Assembly: GCA_018823905.1 (NCBI GenBank)
Contig: JAHJHL010000044.1
Location: forward strand, 40,150 to 104,149
DNA: 64,000 nucleotides
Source of the DNA: Alphaproteobacteria bacterium
GTDB taxonomy: Bacteria; Pseudomonadota; Alphaproteobacteria; Sphingomonadales; Sphingomonadaceae
Reading direction: 5' to 3'
The notes beneath the pieces were generated by a model. That model saw only the letters and a program-made list of their open reading frames with translations. It did not search any database and was not told where the DNA came from. Position numbers and translations under genes: made by a program. Shown here in pieces: positions 19,483 through 27,374 of the stretch (within the stretch, counting starts at the first letter, position 1; each line of letters opens with the position of its first letter).

Positions 19483-20496
19483 TCAGAAAGCCGGGTCGAT
19501 ATGTTCGCGGATCAGCATCCGGATTTCCTCGACGGTGAGGAAATGCTCGTTCGTACCGCTTTCGTAACAGAAACCCGGCGCAACGCGGGTCGCGCCATGA
19601 TCACGGCAATAGCGATCGACGACATCTGCGTCGCCCGGAGGCAGGATCGCATAATATTCGCCCATATCGATCGTGTTCGGGCTGTCACTCGCGGTGATCA
19701 TTTCCTCGTGAATCTTCTCGCCCGGACGAATGCCGATAATCTGCTGTTTGGCGGACGGCGCAATCGCCATCGCGACATCGGTGACGCGATAGGAGGGGAT
19801 TTTCGGAACGAGAATCTCGCCGCCCTCCGCATTGTTCAGCGCCCACATCACGAGATCGACACCGCTGTCGAGCGAAATGTTGAAACGCGTCATCGCCGGG
19901 TCGGTGATCGGCAGGGCGCCGTCGTTCCGACGGCCGAGGAAGAAGGGGATAACCGATCCGCGGCTACCCATTACGTTGCCATAGCGGACGACGCTGAAGC
20001 GGACGTCGCGCGCGCCGCGGATGTTGTTCGCCGCGATGAACAGCTTGTCGGAACAGAGCTTCGTTGCACCGTAGAGGTTGACGGGCGCCGCTGCCTTGTC
20101 AGTCGAGAGCGCGACGACGCGCGTCGCCCCGGCATCGAGGCACGCTTCGATGATATTCTGTGCGCCGATTACGTTGGTTTTGATGCATTCGAACGGGTTA
20201 TACTCCGCTGCCGGAACCTGCTTCAGCGCCGCGGCGTGGATGACGGTATCGGTTCCTTCCATCGCGCGGCGGACGCGTTCGGCGTCGCGGACGTCGCCGA
20301 TGAAATAACGCAGAAAGGGGTAGCGTGACTCGGGGAATTCCTGAGCCATTTCAAATTGCTTGAGCTCGTCGCGCGAAAAGATCACCAGACGTCTTGGCGA
20401 TGCATTCGCGACTACATGACGAACGAAAGCCTTGCCGAAAGATCCGGTTCCCCCGGTCAGAAAGATTGAGGCATCGTCAAGCTGAAAGGGGGTCAT
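19483..20496 (-). CDS. pseB: UDP-N-acetylglucosamine 4,6-dehydratase (inverting)
   Basis: LTGGTGSFG, FSRDELKQ, HAAALKQVPAAEYNPFECIKTN, LSTDKA..PVNLYGATKL and VRYGNVMGSRGSVIP. Start ATG 20496 has an AAGGA RBS. Confidence 0.95.
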   Translation of the reverse strand: MTPFQLDDASIFLTGGTGSFGKAFVRHVVANASPRRLVIFSRDELKQFEMAQEFPESRYPFLRYFIGDVRDAERVRRAMEGTDTVIHAAALKQVPAAEYNPFECIKTNVIGAQNIIEACLDAGATRVVALSTDKAAAPVNLYGATKLCSDKLFIAANNIRGARDVRFSVVRYGNVMGSRGSVIPFFLGRRNDGALPITDPAMTRFNISLDSGVDLVMWALNNAEGGEILVPKIPSYRVTDVAMAIAPSAKQQIIGIRPGEKIHEEMITASDSPNTIDMGEYYAILPPGDADVVDRYCRDHGATRVAPGFCYESGTNEHFLTVEEIRMLIREHIDPAF

Positions 20497-20587
20497 AGTA
20501 TTCCTTAAACATCTGAGGTGGCCGCCCATATCTGAGCGAATTTGGCTTGTCGAGACTGCGTCGGTCAATCGTGCGGCAGGCCGCCTC

Positions 20588-21478
20588 TTATCGGTGATAG
20601 CGGATCCTTACGAGCTGACGCAGTTCCGCTTCGAGTCCGGGCGGGCACTCGCCGGCGCGGTTGGCGAACGGGGCTAGGACACTTGACCGGAACAGGCGGC
20701 GGCCAACGGCCGGCACGAGTATGTTGACCGCCGCGACGACGGGCCCCGGTACCGGGACAATACGGACGGTCCGGTCGGCCTCTTCCCCCAGGATCGTGGT
20801 GAGGAGCGAATAGTCGAAGAGCTGCGGGTCGGCGGCGTAGGATATGCCGCCACGACTGTCGGCCGCACACATGATCAGGGCGCGCGCGGCGCCGGCGTAG
20901 GAAAACATCGAACGACGGAAAGGCCGGTCGGCGCGCCCCGGCAGCATGCGCAGCCTGTCAGAGAGTGAGAGAAGCGACGACAGCAGCCCGGGTTTGGTGG
21001 CCGAAAACATGAACGGCAGACGCAGGCATTCGATCCCGAACCCGTCTCCCGCAAGTGCGAGGATTTCGCGGTCGGCGACCGCTTTGGACCGGCCATAGGC
21101 ATTGATTGGCCGTTCGGGCGTGTCGGCGCCGATATGCTCGGCCGTTCCCGTGGTGGCGAAGCTGCTAACCTGCACCATCTTTGCAACACCCGCAATTTTC
21201 GCCGCGCGCGCAATCGCCAGCGGCAACCGGATATTGGCGGCCTCCAGCGTCGCGTCGTCGCCCGTCACGCGGCCGGCGGCGTTGATCACGCCACAACAAC
21301 GCGCGAGGGCTGCGGCGGGCGGTGTTCCGTCGGGTCCAAGCGGCGCATGTTCGAAGCCCGGCAACGGAGACCGTCCGGTCCGTGTGGCAGCGATCGCGGT
21401 TTCCGGCCCGAGTTCGTGCAGCAGTGCGCGACCAAGCCCGCCATTCGCGCCCACGACAAGGATGGAATGACCGCTCAT
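20588..21478 (-). CDS. NAD-dependent epimerase/4-reductase (WbfT/WbpV-like)
   Basis: VVGANGGLG Rossmann motif, QVSS and PINAYGRSK (YxxxK). ATGA-coupled to the upstream sugar transferase. Confidence 0.78.
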   Translation of the reverse strand: MSGHSILVVGANGGLGRALLHELGPETAIAATRTGRSPLPGFEHAPLGPDGTPPAAALARCCGVINAAGRVTGDDATLEAANIRLPLAIARAAKIAGVAKMVQVSSFATTGTAEHIGADTPERPINAYGRSKAVADREILALAGDGFGIECLRLPFMFSATKPGLLSSLLSLSDRLRMLPGRADRPFRRSMFSYAGAARALIMCAADSRGGISYAADPQLFDYSLLTTILGEEADRTVRIVPVPGPVVAAVNILVPAVGRRLFRSSVLAPFANRAGECPPGLEAELRQLVRIRYHR

Positions 21479-22041
21479 CGGCCAGATGCTCCCGCGGCGG
21501 CGTCACCCGATCCCGATCCGGTTGCCGTCGCCCACAAAATACGAAGGTCGCGAGCGAGAGACCATCGACCGCGATAGCCGGAGTCGACTTCGGCCAGCAA
21601 CTCGGGCGTCGACATGTCGATACCGCGGATCTGCGCTACGCCGGTTATGCCGGGAACCAGCGCGAATACGCCATGCCGACGGCGCGCCTCGGTCAGGTCG
21701 AGCTGGTTGGGGAGGCCTGGCCGGGGGCCCACAAACGACATCGTGCCGTTGAGCACGTTCCAGATCTGCGGCAACTCGTCGATCTTCAGTCGGCGAAGCA
21801 GACGCCCGGTCGCGAGGATAGTGCTCGTGCCCACCTGATGCGAAGCAACGCTGGGAGTGGCCACATGCATCGTGCGCAGCTTCAGCAGCCGGAAAGGCCT
21901 CTCCCGGACGCCCAGCCGGGTTTGGAAGAAGATAGGCGACGCGCGCGCTTCCAGCGTGATTGGCAAGGCAACCAGAAAGCAGGCGACGAGAGCGATCGGA
22001 GCGAGCGCAAGGCCGAGCAAGACGTCGAAAATTCGCTTCAT
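21475..22041 (-). CDS. Small monotopic priming phosphoglycosyl transferase (PglC/WbfU-like)
   Basis: MKRIFD, KLRTM, SVASH, IDELPQIWNVLNGTMSFVGPRP and PGITGVAQIRGIDMSTP. Confidence 0.92.
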   Translation of the reverse strand: MKRIFDVLLGLALAPIALVACFLVALPITLEARASPIFFQTRLGVRERPFRLLKLRTMHVATPSVASHQVGTSTILATGRLLRRLKIDELPQIWNVLNGTMSFVGPRPGLPNQLDLTEARRRHGVFALVPGITGVAQIRGIDMSTPELLAEVDSGYRGRWSLARDLRILWATATGSGSGDAAAGASGR

Positions 22042-22303
22042 TTGGTCCGGAATCAGCGAGGAAGGGGGGAGAGAGCCGCAGCCGCATCATAGAAGCTCGT
22101 CCGCCACGGCACAACCGGTTGATTGGCGATGATTCCGCTTCCCGGCCACAGCAAACTTCATCGCGCCCGCCTTCTATCTCGGCCGGCCGCATTTTCTGCA
22201 TCCGGTTATCACGTTTATTGCGCAAGGCGAATTGCCGCGGCGCGTGAAAAAGATACTAGTCGAGTTGGTTTACATAACGATCCGACCGATGGAGCGAGGA
22301 TAA

Positions 22304-23863
22304 ATGCCCCTAATTTCCGACATTGCTTATCGCATTGCCAATGTAACAGGCTACTCCTGCGATATCGAAGTGCATGCCTTTGAGGCGAGGTCGTTGAAGC
22401 CGGTGCCGCTATTCGGGGATGCGGCGTTAACAAAGCCCGTCGCCAATCCCTATTTGGTGTCCGCCGGACATCCCATTCCGACTCTTTGCCATGGTCACAA
22501 CGGACCGGTCCGAATCCGCGTCGTCAACGTCAACAGCCAAAGCGTCTTTTTCGATGACGACCCCTATGACATCCCCGTTTCCGCAAATACGTTGATGGGG
22601 GATCGTGGCGGCGAGCTCGTGGGCAACCAGCGCACCGCTGGCTCTGATCTCCGGATCCAGTCGCTTTCCGAATTTGTCGAGGCGGGCCCGCTGATGCCTT
22701 CGCAGTTTGCGGGCACCGAAGAGGAGCAGCTGGCGCGTGCGATCGTAGAGGGCAGGGCGAGCCGCAATGGCGCTCAGGGGCAGTCCGTCCAGCTTCCGCG
22801 CGGCGAACTCGAGGTATCGAGCAGTATCGCACTTGCGAACCGCGTGACGCTGCGTGGCGTGAACAAGAGGGGTTCGCGTCTCAAGGCGACAAAAACTCAT
22901 CGGGGGCCGTTCATGGTCATCGCCGACAACGGGACGTCGAGCATGTTCGACAACGCGCTTGAGCAACTGACGCTTGACTGCAACGACATAGCAGGGCTGG
23001 GTGGCGTGGTGGCCGACTCCTGGCAGGAGGGCGGCGGCCTGCGGAAGGTTCTGATCGAGAAATTCCGGACCATCGGCGTTCATATTCGTAACGGCTTTGG
23101 CGGTGCCTCGACCTGCCTCGTCGAAGGTGCGGAGATCATGGGATCGGGAGTTGCGCAGGCTACTGCGGGGATAAAGGTCTCGAAAGTCAGTGAGACCGGA
23201 AACTTCATGCTGCACGTGACGAACAGTACGATTACCGGCGACACTGGCAGGCCGATGGCGCGCGGGATCGATATCGCGAACGACAGTCTTTATTGCCATG
23301 TCGTGCATTTCGAGGAGGTGCGCACAGGCATTTATCTGGATGGCGTCGGTCATCATGTTCTGATCGGCGTTACCGGGGCGCAGACGGCGCGCGGTGTTGC
23401 CACGGTCGAGAGCCTCGTCGAGATTGCGCCGACCTTCTCCGGCTCGCTGACGATGCGCGGTTGTTTCCGGGGCGGCGCAACCTATTTGCTGAACGACAAT
23501 CGTCGGGGTGGTTTCGGCGTGATTCCCTATGACACCGACATCACGATCCGTAGCGAACCCGAAGTGGCGCCGGGAGCGATCGTCGCGTCTGCTAGCATAA
23601 ACGGCATCGGGACGCCGGTTGTCACCAAAGGGTTCGGCATTGCGTCGGTGGTTCGCAACGGCAAGGGTGACTACAGCGTGGCCCTGACGCGTTCGGCGCG
23701 AGGCCCGAACGACTTTACGGTGTTCGCCTCGACCAACATGGGGGTGGGCAATGTTCGCTGCGATCTCACAGGCGTCAATTCTGCCCGCCTTCGCTGCTTC
23801 GACGCGGCCGGCAACCCGGCCGATGCGAATGAGGTCAAGATCCTGATGATCCGCGTGGGCTAA
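22304..23863 (+). CDS. Tailspike-like right-handed beta-helix protein (putative polysaccharide depolymerase)
   Basis: GAGG RBS and no signal peptide. Pectate_lyase_3-type helix cap (EEQLARAIV...VQLPRGELEVSSSIAL..RVTLRG), beta-helix periodicity, a phage-like N-terminal segment (PVPLFGDAALTKPVANP) and a C-terminal segment (FGIASVVRNGKGDYSVAL). Family call is by pattern recognition only. Confidence 0.65.
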   Translation: MPLISDIAYRIANVTGYSCDIEVHAFEARSLKPVPLFGDAALTKPVANPYLVSAGHPIPTLCHGHNGPVRIRVVNVNSQSVFFDDDPYDIPVSANTLMGDRGGELVGNQRTAGSDLRIQSLSEFVEAGPLMPSQFAGTEEEQLARAIVEGRASRNGAQGQSVQLPRGELEVSSSIALANRVTLRGVNKRGSRLKATKTHRGPFMVIADNGTSSMFDNALEQLTLDCNDIAGLGGVVADSWQEGGGLRKVLIEKFRTIGVHIRNGFGGASTCLVEGAEIMGSGVAQATAGIKVSKVSETGNFMLHVTNSTITGDTGRPMARGIDIANDSLYCHVVHFEEVRTGIYLDGVGHHVLIGVTGAQTARGVATVESLVEIAPTFSGSLTMRGCFRGGATYLLNDNRRGGFGVIPYDTDITIRSEPEVAPGAIVASASINGIGTPVVTKGFGIASVVRNGKGDYSVALTRSARGPNDFTVFASTNMGVGNVRCDLTGVNSARLRCFDAAGNPADANEVKILMIRVG

Positions 23864-23868
23864 AGCCG

Positions 23869-24259
23869 TCAGGATTGTCTGCCATAGCTGCGATACCATC
23901 GATAACAACGGGGATGCCTAAGCTGAAGGGGGTCTCGAGGACCGGCGAGGCTCGCGCAGTCATCGGCGACCGGAGTCAAGTTGACGGTGCACCCTGACCT
24001 GCGCGGCGAAATGAACGATGTAGTCGAATTCAGCACCCGCAAGTGCGCCAGTGGGATCCGTCTGATCTCCGATATCGCCTCGGTGCACGACCATCCAACC
24101 AGCGCCAAAGCGTTCGAACGCGGCGATCCGAGCTTTGTTCAGCACGACTAAATATTAATTGTGGACATCGTCGATTCCAATCTCGGTCTCGCCTAAAGCG
24201 AGTAAATTAGCGGTGGAATTCGTTCCAACGGGGCCAGTGACCGCGATTAAACGATGCAA
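23869..24259 (-). pseudogene. Degenerate, internally deleted UDP-glucuronate 4-epimerase-like gene relic
   Basis: The minus strand reads IAVTGPVG...LLALGETEIGIDDVHN*YLVVLNKARIAAF...GDIGD...FDYIVHFAAQVRV, then after frameshifts ETPFSLGIPVVID/WYRSY*. These pieces align to the N- and C-termini of the intact paralog at 35994..36998. Confidence 0.8.
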
Positions 24260-24421
24260 ATATCCGATTATTCGATCCTTTCGTCGTGGGCTCAGCGGGT
24301 CTAACCCAAGCAGCGGCTAGTCCAAACAGGGAGCGGTGGCGGACGGAGACCTATTCGCGGCGTTCTCGGGCCTTGCAATTGCCATGCGGGGACCGGCATA
24401 GGGACAATCTGGAGCCGCTGC

Positions 24422-25885
24422 ATGGATTTCGCGTTCGACAACAGTTTTCACGCGGACATGGAAGGGTTCTTTGCGCCCGGCGAAGCTGTGCAGCCATTGG
24501 AGCCGAAGCTCCTAGCCTTCAACCAAGCCTTGGCCGACCGGCTGGGCCTAACCGTCGCTGACGTCGAAGACGAAAAACTGGCGAGTATTTTCTCGGGACA
24601 CGAACTTCCGGCTGGCGCCGATCCGCTCGCCTTTGCCTATGCAGGGCACCAGTTTGGCCATTTTTCATCCCAACTCGGCGACGGCCGTGCGCTGCTGATC
24701 GGAGAAATGCTTGCCCCCGACGGCGCGCGCTTCGACCTGCAACTGAAGGGGGCTGGGCCAACCGCCTTTTCGCGGAATGGCGATGGCAAGGCTGCGATCG
24801 GTCCGGTCCTTCGCGAATATCTGGTGTCTGAGGCGATGGCCGCCATGGGGGTGCGGACGACGCGATCGCTGGCGGCGGTGGCAACCGGTGATCGCGTGCA
24901 GCGCGAGCGGTCGCATCCTGGCGCCGTGCTGACGCGCGTTGCGAGCAGTCATATTCGGGTTGGGACTTTTCAATTTTTTGCCGCGCATTTTGGCGCCGAT
25001 CACGTCATCCAGCTGTCCGATTACACCGTCCGTCGTCATTTTCCCGAGCTCGTTGAGACTGCCAATCCGCACCTTGCGCTGCTCGATCGCGTCATCGGCC
25101 TGCAATGCGAACTCGTCGCCCGCTGGATGGGGGTGGGTTTCATTCATGGCGTGATGAACACCGATAATGTCGCGGTCAGTGGCGAGACGCTCGACTACGG
25201 CCCTTGCGCCTTTATGGATCGATTTGCGGTGAACACGGTGTTCAGTTCGATCGATGCGAACGGGCGTTATGCTTACGGCCGTCAGCCACAGATCACGCAC
25301 TGGAACATGGCGCGGTATGCCGAGGCTATGTTGCCCGCGATCCATGCCGTAAATCCTGCTGACGTGGACGCGGCCAAGGCGTTGGTTGACGCGATCCCGG
25401 CCCGATTTCGGGCGATATGGCTTGATGAAATGCGCACGAAACTGGGGTTGGGGCGGCCGCACAAGGACGACGAACAGCTTATTGACTCCCTGTTTGGCGA
25501 ACTGGAACAGCATGCCGTCGATTTCACGTCGTTTTTCCGCGCGCTAGCGCAGTTGCTGCGCGGCGAGGGCGACATGCTGGAGTCGCTCCTGCCCGATGCG
25601 GAGGCGATGGCGCCGTGGATCGCCGATTGGTGGTCGCAGCTCGAGCGCGAAGCGATTGCGCCGCTGGAGCGCGCTGACGCGATGGACGCCGTGAATCCGT
25701 TCTATATTCCGCGCAATCATCTCGTCGAGGCTGCGCTGGTTGCGGCGGAGGCAGGGGATATGGCACCGTGGACCAAACTGCTGGAGGTTGTGCAAAATCC
25801 CTTTGTCGAACGCGCCGAGTGGGGTGCTTTCGCACAACCGGCGCCAATCGACGCCGCCCCATATAAAACCTTCTGCGGTACATGA
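24422..25885 (+). CDS. selO: Protein adenylyltransferase SelO (YdiU)
   Basis: AYAGHQFG...LGDGRA, LQLKGAGPT.FSRNGDGKA, GFIHGVMNTDN, DYGPCAF, VNP.YIPRNH and C-terminal TFCGT. Confidence 0.95.
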   Translation: MDFAFDNSFHADMEGFFAPGEAVQPLEPKLLAFNQALADRLGLTVADVEDEKLASIFSGHELPAGADPLAFAYAGHQFGHFSSQLGDGRALLIGEMLAPDGARFDLQLKGAGPTAFSRNGDGKAAIGPVLREYLVSEAMAAMGVRTTRSLAAVATGDRVQRERSHPGAVLTRVASSHIRVGTFQFFAAHFGADHVIQLSDYTVRRHFPELVETANPHLALLDRVIGLQCELVARWMGVGFIHGVMNTDNVAVSGETLDYGPCAFMDRFAVNTVFSSIDANGRYAYGRQPQITHWNMARYAEAMLPAIHAVNPADVDAAKALVDAIPARFRAIWLDEMRTKLGLGRPHKDDEQLIDSLFGELEQHAVDFTSFFRALAQLLRGEGDMLESLLPDAEAMAPWIADWWSQLEREAIAPLERADAMDAVNPFYIPRNHLVEAALVAAEAGDMAPWTKLLEVVQNPFVERAEWGAFAQPAPIDAAPYKTFCGT

Positions 25886-25992
25886 TCGCGGTGATGTCAG
25901 CGCGGTGATGTCTCCGCAGCACGGGCGGTTGCGGTTGAGAGATCTGGCCCCGGCTGTTAGGTGGCGGCAACCATTGCAGGAGATTAACACCA

Positions 25993-27177
25993 GTGCCGAA
26001 CGATCCGGTCAAAATCACAATCGTCGGCACCGGCTATGTCGGTATCTCGAATGCGGTGCTGCTCGCGCAGCATAATCGGGTTGTGGCGCTTGATATCGAC
26101 AGCCGCAAGATCGATCAAATCAATGCGCGCCGCTCGCCGATCGCTGATCCGGAAATCGAGGAATATTTGGCGAACCGCCAACTCGAACTGACGGCAACCG
26201 TTGACAAGCAAGCTGCCTATGACGGTGCGGATTTTGTCGTCGTCGCGACGCCGACCGATTATGATCCCGACACCAATTATTTCAACACCGGCTCGGTCGA
26301 ATCGGTGATTGGCGATGCGTTGACGATGGCGCCAAATGCGGTGATCGTGGTTAAATCGACGGTACCGGTCGGCTTCACCGACCGGATGCGCGCCAAGCAC
26401 GACACCGACGCGATCGTCTTTTCTCCCGAATTCCTCCGCGAAGGGCGCGCGCTGTTCGACAATCTCCATCCGTCTCGGATCATTGTCGGCAACACGCACC
26501 CGCGCGCGGCGCACTTTGCACAGTTGTTGCTCGCAGCATCGCTAAAACCCGAAACGGCCGTGTTGCACACGGGCAATACCGAGGCTGAGGCGATCAAGCT
26601 GTTCGCCAACACCTATCTTGCGATGCGCGTCGCGTTCTTCAACGAGCTCGATACCTACGCTGCGATGCATGGTGCCGATTCGCGCCAGATCATCGAGGGC
26701 GTGTGCCTCGACCCGCGGATCGGCAGTTTCTATAACAATCCGTCCTTTGGCTATGGCGGTTATTGCCTGCCCAAGGACACCAAGCAGATGTTGGCCAATT
26801 ACAGCGAGGTGCCGCAGAATTTGATCCAGGCGATCGTGTCATCAAACACGACGCGCAAGGATTTCGTCGCCTCCGAGGTGCTCAAGCGCCGTCCGCGCGT
26901 GGTCGGCATCCACCGGCTGGCGATGAAAGCGGGATCGGACAATTTCCGCGCCAGCAGCATCCTGGGAGTAATGAAGCGGATCAAGGCCAAGGGGGTCGAG
27001 GTGATCGTCTATGAGCCGCTGATCGACGATGAGCGGCTGTTCAACTCGCGGGTGGTGCGCGATCTTACCGCCTTCAAAGCCGAGGCCGATGTGATCATCG
27101 CCAACCGGGTGACCGACGACCTAGCCGATGTGGCCGACAAGGTTTACAGCCGCGATCTGTTCGGCGTCGATAGCTGA
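25993..27177 (+). CDS. ugd: UDP-glucose 6-dehydrogenase
   Basis: [39 protein letters not shown] and [10 protein letters not shown]. Confidence 0.95.
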   Translation: MPNDPVKITIVGTGYVGISNAVLLAQHNRVVALDIDSRKIDQINARRSPIADPEIEEYLANRQLELTATVDKQAAYDGADFVVVATPTDYDPDTNYFNTGSVESVIGDALTMAPNAVIVVKSTVPVGFTDRMRAKHDTDAIVFSPEFLREGRALFDNLHPSRIIVGNTHPRAAHFAQLLLAASLKPETAVLHTGNTEAEAIKLFANTYLAMRVAFFNELDTYAAMHGADSRQIIEGVCLDPRIGSFYNNPSFGYGGYCLPKDTKQMLANYSEVPQNLIQAIVSSNTTRKDFVASEVLKRRPRVVGIHRLAMKAGSDNFRASSILGVMKRIKAKGVEVIVYEPLIDDERLFNSRVVRDLTAFKAEADVIIANRVTDDLADVADKVYSRDLFGVDS

Positions 27178-27374
27178 CGCGCGGAACCCGATCTCCATAA
27201 ACTCGTTGATCGCGTGCAGCCGACCCGGCTGACAGGGGATTTGCGACGAAATGAGCCGGATTCGGGGCTTTGGCAGCATAGAAACGGGTTGCGCCGCCGC
27301 TGTGTGCCAGCCAGAGATGCCGTATCGACGGCTGATATATGCAAAACCCTGAAACTTCCCGTGATTATCACCCG

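Noticed and set aside
22304-23863. Prophage remnant
   Set aside because: Only one phage-like gene, with an intact RBS and ORF. No capsid, terminase, integrase, lysis genes or att sites, so it is treated as an orphan gene.
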